A stretch of 20,000 nt of DNA from the sequence record DRR378314_2238. One strand, written 5' to 3'. Positions 8,095-16,781 of the stretch are shown here, in pieces. The translations under genes were made by a program, and so were the position numbers. The notes beneath the pieces are model-generated. The model did no database searches, was not told where the DNA came from, and saw only the letters and a program-made list of their open reading frames with translations. How positions within the stretch are numbered: position 1 is the stretch's first letter; the number at the start of each line of letters is the position of its first letter.

Positions 8095-9099
8095 ATGCTG
8101 ATAGACAAAAGAACTGAGATCGGATTTCTGCTGTTCGACGGTTTTCCAATAGCCTGTCTGACCTCGATTGTAGAACCTTTGCGGGCAGCGAATGAGATCG
8201 CAGGGCAAGAGGCCTTTTGCTGGTCTCTGGTTTCCGAGCTCGGGCAGAAGGTCAAGTCCAGCGCCAATATCGGGTTCGAGGCTGATCGCGATCTATCTGA
8301 TTGCCAATCAATGGATATTCTATTTCTCCTCAGTAGTCCCGTGGCCGGGTTTGGCGATCCGAAACAGGGAAATGGCACATTGCGAATGTTGGCCCGGCAT
8401 GGAACCACTCTTGGCGGCATCAGTGGCGGTGTTTTTCCGTTGGTCCGGTCCGGGGTTATGACCGGGCGTCCGGTTTCTGTTCACTGGTGTTATGAAGCTG
8501 CATTTGAAGCTGAGTTTCCGGACATGGATGCCCGCCGCGAGGTGATCGTATCCGATACCAGCCGTTATACCGCTGCTGGAGCTGCGGCAGCGTTTGATCT
8601 GGCGCTTCATTTGATCGAAGACCGTTTGGGCAGTGATATCGCGCATGAGGTTGCCTGCTGGTTTCAACACCCGATGATGCGGGGGGAAGGCGTGCGCCAA
8701 CAGGTTCCTAATGTCCGTCATTCAGGTTCCGGTGATAAACTACCACCGCTTGTAGCCAAGTCGGTCGAGCTGTTTGCAGGAAATGTCGGTCAGCCCATAA
8801 CAATCGCTGAGGTTGCGCATCAGACTGGTGTCACCCCACGTCAGATCGAACGCGCGTTTAAGCAGGCCACCGGGTTAAGCCCTAGCCATTATTACCGCGC
8901 GATGCGGATGAAGGCGGCCCGGCAGATGGTCGTCTATACAAAAGATCCGATCCCCGAGATTGCTGCGGCAATTGGATATAGTTCGGTCGCGCCATTAGTG
9001 ACGCATTATCGCGCAGCCTTTGGGCTGAGCCCCAGCGAGGATCGCCGTCGGATCAACCGTTTTCGGGTCGAAGACAACGCTCCACTACCCTCTGTTTGA
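8095..9099 (+). CDS. GlxA family transcriptional regulator (DJ-1/PfpI domain + AraC HTH)
   Basis: IGFLLFDGF...VEPLRAANEIAG, GGISGGVF, SVHWCYEAAF, AAAAFDLAL, and a C-terminal AraC HTH (PRQIERAFKQATGLSP; IAAAIGYSS). Start is 8095 or 8071. Confidence 0.88.
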   Translation: MLIDKRTEIGFLLFDGFPIACLTSIVEPLRAANEIAGQEAFCWSLVSELGQKVKSSANIGFEADRDLSDCQSMDILFLLSSPVAGFGDPKQGNGTLRMLARHGTTLGGISGGVFPLVRSGVMTGRPVSVHWCYEAAFEAEFPDMDARREVIVSDTSRYTAAGAAAAFDLALHLIEDRLGSDIAHEVACWFQHPMMRGEGVRQQVPNVRHSGSGDKLPPLVAKSVELFAGNVGQPITIAEVAHQTGVTPRQIERAFKQATGLSPSHYYRAMRMKAARQMVVYTKDPIPEIAAAIGYSSVAPLVTHYRAAFGLSPSEDRRRINRFRVEDNAPLPSV

Positions 9100-9107
9100 T
9101 CCGCGTG

Positions 9108-9668
9108 CTAGAGCGCAGAGTTCATCGCGGCGATAATTGCGTGCTGCAGGGTGCGTGCTGAAGATCGAGGACCGTAGATGCTGAACACATCGGCTGACCG
9201 GCACAGGACAAAACACCCGAGATGATGGATCGAGGTGCGCGCGGCATCCCCTTCTGCCATTTTTCTGCAATCCAGGTTGCACAACAGTTCCAGCACCGCC
9301 CGTACATCGGGGCCCTCCAGGTCAAACCGGGTCCACGCATCTGTTTGCTCGGACACGGAAGCGGCGTCTTTGACGTGGCCTTTCACCATCGACGCAAGGT
9401 CTTCATGTGTCTCGAAGGGTGCCTCAAGCATCCATTGCTCGGGTCCGGTCCAGAAAGCTTTGACCGTATGACCGGATGTCTGTCCGATGTCGGGCGCAGT
9501 ATGCCCGGTCAAGGTAGCCAACGCGGTCCGTGTTTCGGCCTCATGCCACAAACGCGCAGCGACCGAAGCCAGCGCGATATCGGGGTATTCGCGACAGGAC
9601 ACGCTACCAACCGTACAAGATTCCGGGCCGGTTCCACCAAGTGCGGTTAATGCGACAAGATCATGCAC
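9108..9668 (-). CDS. soxG: Sarcosine oxidase family gamma subunit
   Basis: FWTGPEQWML, SVSEQTDAW, GPRSSA motifs. GTG at 9668 overlaps the soxA stop. Last gene of the BDAG operon. Confidence 0.88.
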   Translation of the reverse strand: MHDLVALTALGGTGPESCTVGSVSCREYPDIALASVAARLWHEAETRTALATLTGHTAPDIGQTSGHTVKAFWTGPEQWMLEAPFETHEDLASMVKGHVKDAASVSEQTDAWTRFDLEGPDVRAVLELLCNLDCRKMAEGDAARTSIHHLGCFVLCRSADVFSIYGPRSSARTLQHAIIAAMNSAL

Positions 9669-12606
9669 GAAGCCGTTCTCCCTGTGGATCGACAAAATGG
9701 GCCGAGACGATTTCAACTTCGACGGTCAGTTCAGTCAATGGCGAAACAAGCCGCATCTTTTCACCCTGGCGCTCGCCACCGTTCTTTAAAAAACCAAGAC
9801 CGATATGACTGTCCAGAGACGGTGAGAAAGCCGCCGATGTGATATAGCCCTGATCATTAGCGGCATCCACAGGACCCGAGGCATTCATCAGATGGCCCCC
9901 GGCGGTTACCTTATCGCCTGAGTTAACTGGTTTGACGCCGACCATCATCAATGCGTCTGGTTGGTTCAGTCCCTCGCGCTCGGACAAGGTCGCGCCGATG
10001 CTGTCTTTCTTTTTTGACACCATCCGAGCCATTCCAAGGTTTAGGGCTGAGGTGGTTCCGTTCAACTCGTTGCCCGCCGCGTGACCCTTTTCGATCCGCA
10101 TGACACTCAAGGCTTCGGTGCCGTATGGTACAACGTTGAACTCTTCACCCTCCCGCATCAGGCGCCGCATCAAGGCATCGCCATAACGGGACGGAACCGC
10201 GATTTCAAACGCCAGCTCGCCCGAGAACGAAATACGAAACAGACGCGCCCGCAATCCGCCGCAAACAGTGACGTTGCCACAGCCCATGAAGGGGAAGCCT
10301 TCGTTTGAGATATCGAATTCGGGGTCCACGATCTTTTGCAGAAGTTTGCGCGAATTTGGCCCTGCGACAGCGTATTGCGCCCAGGCTTCGGTGGTCGAGA
10401 TTAGTTGTACGTCCATATCCGGGAATAGGCATTGCCGGACGAATTCCATGTGTTGATAGACTTTGACAGCGTTGGCCGTTGTGGTTGTGACAATGAAACG
10501 ATCCTCGGCTAGCCGCGCAGCGGTGCCATCATCCATCGCAATGCCATCTTCTCGTAACATCAGGCCATAGCGGGTTTTACCCACCGCGAGTTTGGCAAAG
10601 CCGTTGCAATAAATCCGGTTCAGGAAATCCGCTGCATCGGTGCCTTGTACGTCAATCTTGCCGAGCGTGGTGCAATCGCACACCCCGACCGAAGCGCGGG
10701 TCTGACGCACTTCGCGGTCGACGGATTGACGCCAATGCGTTTCACCCGGCAAAGGAAACCATTGCGCCCGTAGCCAATTGCCGACCTCGACAAACACCGC
10801 GCCCCGCTCTTTGGCCCAATAGTGCGAAGGGGTCAGGCGGGTAGGGTGAAACTCCTGCCCTTTTAGACGTCCGGCAAAGGTTGCAATTGGGACAGGCGTG
10901 TAGGGAGGGCGGAAAATTGTGGTGCCGGTTTCAGGAATGGATTTTCCAGCAAGTTCGGCCATGATCGCCAAACCACCCATGTTCGACGTCTTGCCCTGAT
11001 CGGTTGCCATGCCCAGCGTGGTATAGCGTTTGAGGTGTTCGACCGAACGGAACCCTTCCTGATGGCTAAGCTTCACGTCTTTGACGGTCACGTCATTCTG
11101 TTGGTCCAGCCATGCCCGCGAACAGCCCTGCACATACCAGAATGGCGCCTGACGGACCGGCATATCCTCGGCTTCGGGCAAAGCGGGTAGGTCACCTTTC
11201 AGTTCAAGTGCCTGCGCCGCACCTTGGGCGCCAGATTGTAGGGCGCCATAAGTGGTCATGATACCGTTTGCAGCCCCGGCGACTGCCAGACCCGGAGGCA
11301 GCGTTTCTCCGGGGACGAAAGCGGACAGGCCCTCATCCCATGTTGGTCGGCCACGCTGATGGCAGGTCAGGTGTACATTCGGATTCCATCCACCCGAGAC
11401 GCCAAGCGCCCCAACATCCAGAGTGCGGTTCGAGCCGTCGGCTAAACCGACTTCGACAAAAGCCAAGCCAAGGCGGCCTTTGGTATCGATCACCTGTGCG
11501 CCGCGCAGTACTTCGTAATCACCGCTTGTTGGTGCATCTGTCCGCACATCGACAACGGCGGCGATTTTCACTCCTTTGGCATGCAAGTTGGCGGCAGTTC
11601 GGTGACCATCATCATTATTGGTAAATATGGCCACGCGCCGGGCAGGGGTGGCGGCGAACCGGTTAGCGTAGCTGCGCAAGGCACCTGCCAGCATGATGCC
11701 GGGTCGGTCGTTGTTTTCAAAGGCGATCGGACGTTCGGTCGCCCCTGCACATAAGAGCGCGCGCTTGGAATAGATGCGCCACAGGATCTGTCGGGGTTTG
11801 CCTGTGGGCAGGTTGGCCAGATGGTCGCCCGCCTGTTCTACTGCCCCGTAAATCCCGTGATCGAAGGCACCGATGATTGTGGTGCGCGGCATCAGGCGAA
11901 CATTGGGCATCGCCGACAGCTCCGCCACCGTTTGCGCCACCCAGATTTCAGCCTGATCGTCGTTCAGCAAGAAACTCTCGTTGTTCAAACGACCGCCGAG
12001 GACGAAATCTTCATCCGCCAAAATCACCTCTGATCCGGCCCGTCCGGCAGTCAGCGCCGCCATCAATCCAGCCGGGCCCGCGCCGATGATCAACAGGTCG
12101 CAATGTCTGAACCCCTTGTCGTACTCATCAGGGTCGTCCTGCATCGACAATGTGCCCAATCCAGCAGCTCGGCGGATCAGTGGTTCATAAAACTTTTCCC
12201 AGAACACCGCCGGCCACATGAAGGTTTTGTAGTAGAAACCCGCAGTCAGAAAGCCCGACAACTGGTCATTGATCGCCAGCGCATCAAATTTCAGGCTGGG
12301 CCAGCGATTCTGGGAATGGGCTTCGAGCCCGTCAAACATTTCTATGGTCGTGGCGCGGGTATTGGGTTCTTTCCGACTGCCCTTGCGCAATTCAACCAGT
12401 GCGTTGGGCTCCTCCGACCCCGCACTCAGAACCCCGCGCGGACGGTGATACTTGAAAGACCGCCCCATCAGGCGCACGCCATTGGCCAAAAGGGCCGATG
12501 CCAGAGTATCGCCTGGATGTGCCGTGTAATTGCGGTTGTCGAATTTGAAATTCAGGGTTTTGGTACGATCAATCTGGCCGCCGCCCAACCGGTTAACTTG
12601 TGTCAT
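9661..12606 (-). CDS. soxA: Sarcosine oxidase family alpha subunit
   Basis: GDTLASALLANG, RSFKYHRPRG, AGFYYKTFMWP, IIGAGPAG, EHLKRYTTLGMATDQGKTSN, and a C-terminal GcvT-like folate domain (RISFSGELAFEI, RIEKGH). ATG 12606 overlaps the soxD TGA. Confidence 0.95.
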   Translation of the reverse strand: MTQVNRLGGGQIDRTKTLNFKFDNRNYTAHPGDTLASALLANGVRLMGRSFKYHRPRGVLSAGSEEPNALVELRKGSRKEPNTRATTIEMFDGLEAHSQNRWPSLKFDALAINDQLSGFLTAGFYYKTFMWPAVFWEKFYEPLIRRAAGLGTLSMQDDPDEYDKGFRHCDLLIIGAGPAGLMAALTAGRAGSEVILADEDFVLGGRLNNESFLLNDDQAEIWVAQTVAELSAMPNVRLMPRTTIIGAFDHGIYGAVEQAGDHLANLPTGKPRQILWRIYSKRALLCAGATERPIAFENNDRPGIMLAGALRSYANRFAATPARRVAIFTNNDDGHRTAANLHAKGVKIAAVVDVRTDAPTSGDYEVLRGAQVIDTKGRLGLAFVEVGLADGSNRTLDVGALGVSGGWNPNVHLTCHQRGRPTWDEGLSAFVPGETLPPGLAVAGAANGIMTTYGALQSGAQGAAQALELKGDLPALPEAEDMPVRQAPFWYVQGCSRAWLDQQNDVTVKDVKLSHQEGFRSVEHLKRYTTLGMATDQGKTSNMGGLAIMAELAGKSIPETGTTIFRPPYTPVPIATFAGRLKGQEFHPTRLTPSHYWAKERGAVFVEVGNWLRAQWFPLPGETHWRQSVDREVRQTRASVGVCDCTTLGKIDVQGTDAADFLNRIYCNGFAKLAVGKTRYGLMLREDGIAMDDGTAARLAEDRFIVTTTTANAVKVYQHMEFVRQCLFPDMDVQLISTTEAWAQYAVAGPNSRKLLQKIVDPEFDISNEGFPFMGCGNVTVCGGLRARLFRISFSGELAFEIAVPSRYGDALMRRLMREGEEFNVVPYGTEALSVMRIEKGHAAGNELNGTTSALNLGMARMVSKKKDSIGATLSEREGLNQPDALMMVGVKPVNSGDKVTAGGHLMNASGPVDAANDQGYITSAAFSPSLDSHIGLGFLKNGGERQGEKMRLVSPLTELTVEVEIVSAHFVDPQGERLRA

Positions 12607-12890
12607 TTGGAACGCCCTCGTGTCCGGGCAACGTCGCGGGCCAGCTCCACCCTGGATATCTCGTGCGTAACCGTGTTGCGTGTTACGACCAGCCAGGATC
12701 GATCTCCGCCTTCGTGAAACCACAGCTCGCGATGTTCACCGGCGGGGTTGTCGCGCAGATAAGCATAATCATGGAAGGCTTCGGCTGCGTTTTCGGCCTG
12801 CCAGTCGGGCCGATCAATCAGAGACGCGTCGCCCAGATAGACGAACTCGGAACTGTCGCGGGGACCCAGCAAAGGATGTTGGATGATCAT
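12603..12890 (-). CDS. soxD: Sarcosine oxidase family delta subunit (Cys-free variant)
   Basis: GPRDSSEFVYLGDA, YLRDNPAG.HRELWFH, W..VTRNTVTHEI. Lies between soxB and soxA, with RBS gagga before ATG 12890. Confidence 0.92.
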   Translation of the reverse strand: MIIQHPLLGPRDSSEFVYLGDASLIDRPDWQAENAAEAFHDYAYLRDNPAGEHRELWFHEGGDRSWLVVTRNTVTHEISRVELARDVARTRGRSK

Positions 12891-12903
12891 CTTGCGGCTT
12901 TCC

Positions 12904-14154
12904 TCAGTGCAGATTGGGCTGGTTGCCCATACCTTTTTCGTCAATCATCCGTCCGGTACGAAACCGGTCAAGGCGATAGGCGGTTGCGGTTGGGTGGGGT
13001 TCGTCCTTTGCCAGCAGATGAGCGAAACAATGGCCCGACGCCGGAGTGGCCTTGAAGCCGCCATAGCACCAGCCGCCGTTGAAATAGAGCCCGTCAATAT
13101 GGGTCCGGTCGATGATGGGCGAGCCGTCCATGGACATATCCATGATCCCGCCCCACATGCGCAGCAGACGTGCGCGTCCGATCATTGGCATGAGCGCCAT
13201 ACCGCCTTCGCAGACATCTTCGACCACGGGCAGATTTCCGCGTTGCGCGTACGAATTGTACCCGTCCAGATCACCCCCGAACACCAGGCCGCCTTTGTCG
13301 GATTGACTGACATAAAAATGTCCGGCACCAAAGGTGATCACACCTGGCAGCAGAGGTTTCAGCCCCTCCGAGACAAAGGCCTGTAGAACGTGGCTTTCTA
13401 TTGGTAGTCGCATGCCTGCAATACCCATCAGTCGCCCCGAATTCCCTGCGACAGCACAGCCTACTTTGCCCGCTCCGATAAACCCTTTTGAGGTTTCGAC
13501 GCCCAGACATCTACCATTTTCGATGCGGAAGCCGGTGACTTCGCAATTCTGAATGATATCGACGCCATTCTTGTCTGCCGAACGAGCATATCCCCATGCC
13601 ACTGCATCATGGCGAACAGTGCCGCCGCGCCGTTGTGCCAGTCCGCCTTTGATCGGGAATCTTGCATTGTTGAAGTTGAGAAAAGGGTATTCCCTGCGCA
13701 CCTGATCGGCATCCAGCAACTCGGCATCCGCGCCGTTCAGGATCATGGCATTGCCGCGTCGCGTGAAGGCATCCCGTTGGGCATCAGAGTGGATCAGATT
13801 GATAATCCCACGCTGACTGACCATCGCGTTATAGTTCAGATCCTGCTCCAGACCCTCCCACAGTTTCAGAGAGAACTCGTAGAATGGTTCATTTTCGTCC
13901 AACAAATAGTTCGAGCGGATGATGGTGGTGTTGCGCCCGACATTGCCTCCGCCGATCCAGCCCTTCTCGATGACGGCGACGTTGCGATGGCCATACACCT
14001 TGGCAAGGTAATGCGCCGTCGCTAGCCCGTGGCCACCACCCCCGATGATTACGATGTCATACTGCGGCTTGGGCTCAGGGTCGCGCCACGCAGGTTTCCA
14101 GCCTTTGTGACCAGTGAGCGCCTCTTTGATAACTTGAAAGCCAGAGTATCGCAT
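12904..14154 (-). CDS. soxB: Sarcosine oxidase family beta subunit
   Basis: IIGGGGHGLATA FAD motif, GNVGRNTTIIRSNY, RHDAVAWGYAR, LQAFVSE, GGFKATPASG. Confidence 0.95.
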   Translation of the reverse strand: MRYSGFQVIKEALTGHKGWKPAWRDPEPKPQYDIVIIGGGGHGLATAHYLAKVYGHRNVAVIEKGWIGGGNVGRNTTIIRSNYLLDENEPFYEFSLKLWEGLEQDLNYNAMVSQRGIINLIHSDAQRDAFTRRGNAMILNGADAELLDADQVRREYPFLNFNNARFPIKGGLAQRRGGTVRHDAVAWGYARSADKNGVDIIQNCEVTGFRIENGRCLGVETSKGFIGAGKVGCAVAGNSGRLMGIAGMRLPIESHVLQAFVSEGLKPLLPGVITFGAGHFYVSQSDKGGLVFGGDLDGYNSYAQRGNLPVVEDVCEGGMALMPMIGRARLLRMWGGIMDMSMDGSPIIDRTHIDGLYFNGGWCYGGFKATPASGHCFAHLLAKDEPHPTATAYRLDRFRTGRMIDEKGMGNQPNLH

Positions 14155-14204
14155 GAATCGGACCTTTTTTATCAGAATCCACTTAATTACCTAGTTTGAA
14201 CACG

Positions 14205-14242
14205 CTTGAATCCGACATCCACTAACTTGAATCAGACCTCCA
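14205..14242 (-). promoter_or_regulatory. Putative AraC/GlxA-type tandem operator (two 17-mers, 21-bp period) upstream of soxB
   Basis: Plus-strand cttgaatccgacatcca (14205-14221) and cttgaatcagacctcca (14226-14242), 15/17 identical, 4-nt spacer, about 50-90 nt upstream of the soxB ATG. Confidence 0.6.
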
Positions 14243-14425
14243 GCGACGATTGCGTCGTCCTTTGCCGATGGCTTAGTTCCCAAATCGGACTGCTTGTCAG
14301 ATTTCGAAACCCGCATGGCGGTTTGCGCCAGAACCAATCAGACCAGTGCGGCATTGTTAAACGCATCCGCAGGAGCTTGTCTTGTTAATCTTTGCAAACG
14401 GTGATTTGGCAACTAAGAAGGTCGC

Positions 14426-14866
14426 ATGAACAGTCAATCCCATATCAAAAGTACCGCACGATCCCTTCCGATCGCGCTGTTGCGTGCCCGTGAAACTGTG
14501 ATGGCGCCAATCCGCGACATGCTGCAGGATATTCGCCTGACCGAACAGAAGTGGAGAATTCTGCGCGTACTGGATGAATTGGGTGAAGTAGAGCAAAGCG
14601 CAATCGCGCATGAAGCCTGCCTGCTGTTGCCCAGCGTCACCCGTATTTTGCGTGCGATGGAGGCCGACAGCCAGATCGTCCGCCGCAAAGACAAAGAAGA
14701 CAAACGCCGCACCATGGTGCGGATCACCGACGCGGGCCGGATGATATTAGAAAATAACCTTGCCACATCCCACGCGATTTCAAGCAATATCGAAGCGCAA
14801 ATGGGGCGTGAAAAATTGGATCAGTTACTGGACCTGCTTGAGGAATTGCAGAATGTAAAGGTTTGA
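14426..14866 (+). CDS. hpaR: MarR family regulator, HpaR-like
   Basis: RSLPIALLRARETVMAPIR.ML....LTEQKWRILRVL, ACLLLPSVTRIL and DKRRTMVRIT are characteristic of the HpaR subfamily. Confidence 0.75.
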   Translation: MNSQSHIKSTARSLPIALLRARETVMAPIRDMLQDIRLTEQKWRILRVLDELGEVEQSAIAHEACLLLPSVTRILRAMEADSQIVRRKDKEDKRRTMVRITDAGRMILENNLATSHAISSNIEAQMGREKLDQLLDLLEELQNVKV

Positions 14867-15052
14867 GCCCATCTTCGTAAGACCAGTCCAGCGCTATGTG
14901 CACATCATATTTGTAGGCATCTCTGCAATCCTGAAAACAGTTCACTTCTACTTTCTGCGGAATGTTGTCAGGCGCGCAAGTGGTTGATCTCGGGCCGGGC
15001 AGGCAATGCGGCGGTCGCTCCAACTAGAGGCTTCGGATAGGAATACGTCCGA

Positions 15053-16084
15053 TCAACTTGGCAGCCGTCTACCTGTTTCTGGGTCAAACAAGTGCATCTG
15101 CTCTGACGCGATCGAGAACCGAACGGTCGGATGTCTATCTTCAATTGGATGAACACCAGGAAGACTGGCGGTCATCATATCCTGCGTACCGGTCAACCGT
15201 CCGTGCAGCAGTGTGTTTGCTCCCAAAGGTTCGGCCATTTGAACCGCAACTTCCAGCGGGCCATTTTCATCCAGCGACAAGTGTTCGGGCCGAATTCCCA
15301 GCTTCACTGACATATCTAGCCCTTGCGATGGACCAATTTCCAGACCTTCGAATTTGATCATCCCGCCTTCACGCCGCGCGTCAAAGACATTCATGGCTGG
15401 GCTGCCGATGAATTGAGCTGCAAACAGAGTTTGCGGGGTCTCATAGACATCCAGGGGTGTTCCGATTTGCTCGGCAATGCCGCCGTTCATCACGATCATT
15501 CTATCCGCCATCGTCATGGCTTCGACTTGATCATGTGTGACATACAGAGATGTAATTCCAAGCTTTTCCTGAAGTTCACGAATTTCCAGACGCATCTGAA
15601 CGCGCAGTTTCGCATCAAGGTTTGAAAGCGGCTCATCAAATAGAAACACAGCCGGTTCGCGGACAATGGCGCGGCCCATCGCAACCCGCTGCCGTTGCCC
15701 GCCAGACAATTGGCGGGGTTTACGATCCAGTAAAGCTTCAAGTTGCAACAGCTTCGCCGCTTGGTTCACCTTTTGATCGATCTCGGACTTGGGCAATCCG
15801 GCGATTTTCAATCCATATCCCATGTTCTGTCGCACGGACATATGCGGGTAAAGTGCATAGTTCTGGAACACCATAGCGATGTCCCGATCCATCGGTTCTT
15901 TGTCATTTGCCCGCTCATCACCGATCCGGATTTCGCCTGCTGTCACAGTTTCAAGACCCGCCACCATGCGCAGAAGCGTAGATTTACCGCAGCCCGAAGG
16001 CCCGACAATCACTATGAATTCACCATCGGCGATATCAATGTCGATGCCATGAATGACGTCTGTGGCCGAGCCTTTGATCAGCAC
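15053..16084 (-). CDS. ugpC: sn-glycerol-3-phosphate ABC transporter ATPase with native N-terminus lost (possible pseudogene)
   Basis: Walker [11 protein letters not shown]-loop [19 protein letters not shown], Walker [22 protein letters not shown]. The first about 6 codons (VLIKGS) look like ugpA sequence fused at about 16066. Confidence 0.85.
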   Translation of the reverse strand: MLIKGSATDVIHGIDIDIADGEFIVIVGPSGCGKSTLLRMVAGLETVTAGEIRIGDERANDKEPMDRDIAMVFQNYALYPHMSVRQNMGYGLKIAGLPKSEIDQKVNQAAKLLQLEALLDRKPRQLSGGQRQRVAMGRAIVREPAVFLFDEPLSNLDAKLRVQMRLEIRELQEKLGITSLYVTHDQVEAMTMADRMIVMNGGIAEQIGTPLDVYETPQTLFAAQFIGSPAMNVFDARREGGMIKFEGLEIGPSQGLDMSVKLGIRPEHLSLDENGPLEVAVQMAEPLGANTLLHGRLTGTQDMMTASLPGVHPIEDRHPTVRFSIASEQMHLFDPETGRRLPS

Positions 16085-16320
16085 GTCTGCAATAACCTAA
16101 AGAAACAAGACCGGGATCATTGAGCATAGTGTCACAAACGTCGAGAAGATCGCTGTTGTCGCGATTGACGCGCGATAGAACTTGTCGCTGAGAAGGAACT
16201 CGAAGTTGCCAAGCCCGACGAACTGAGACAACAGGCCGAACGGGTCAGGAATGAACAGCGACCGCCATATTGGCTGCGCTGCTGGAAAAAAGAAAAACAC
16301 AGCAGAGGCGATCACCTGCG
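16067..16320 (-). pseudogene. ugpA: Internal fragment of G3P ABC permease
   Basis: PQVIASAVFFFFPAAQ..W.SLFIPDPFGLLSQFVGLGNFEFLLSD...TTAIFS...[13 protein letters not shown]. No start codon, in-frame TAG at 16097-16099, only about 85 codons. Confidence 0.85.
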
Positions 16321-16781
16321 GCCCGTGCAGATGACTTACCATCTTTTGCCCAGTCGCCCATCGCATTCAGTTGTGCCGCCTGCACTAGACCGTTCAATAT
16401 CAACTCGGTATCTAGACCAGTAAAGCCATTATCCTTCGACGCAGATGGCACATCGTGATTAACCGACATGTTTTCCAGATGAATCCAGCTCTGCCATGCT
16501 GAGACCAGCGGGCATTCTTCACCGCCTTCTTTCAACTGATCAAGCACATCACCAACTTTCTCCGATGTTGAAAGGTCGGTGTCTGTATCAGCTCCTGCCG
16601 CCTCCATGGCATCGCGGTTGACCCATAGAACCGGCGTGGATGAGTTGAACTCTTCAACCTGTGCTTTCACCAGATCACCAAGACGGCCCGTAAAGGCATG
16701 CCAGAATTGGACTTCGGTTTGCGCCATTGCCGCCACAAAGGACAAGACAGTTGCTACGGCGAGAGCGCCATACCCTAAGAA
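16321..16781 (-). pseudogene. ugpB: Deleted remnant of G3P ABC substrate-binding protein
   Basis: Signal peptide remnant FLGYGALAVATVLSFVAAMAQ, then EVQFWHAFTG, FNSSTPVLWVNRD, WQSWIHLEN, KDNGF.G, WAKDGK. Native start missing, internal deletion, C-terminal half missing. Confidence 0.88.

Noticed and set aside
12607-12723. Longer soxA start with MVSRRRRS resembling a Tat signal
   Set aside because: It lies inside soxD and has no hydrophobic core. ATG 12606 gives the normal ATGA coupling.
14867-15052. Spacer between hpaR and ugpC as a gene remnant
   Set aside because: No frame gave a recognisable protein and no convincing hairpin was seen.
16097-16099. In-frame TAG as programmed readthrough giving a permease-ATPase fusion
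   Set aside because: The surrounding locus is clearly degraded and no recoding signal is visible. A nonsense mutation is simpler.
16245-16745. 166-aa ORF as a novel mini binding protein
   Set aside because: It is a spliced-together ugpB remnant ending in out-of-frame ugpA sequence.
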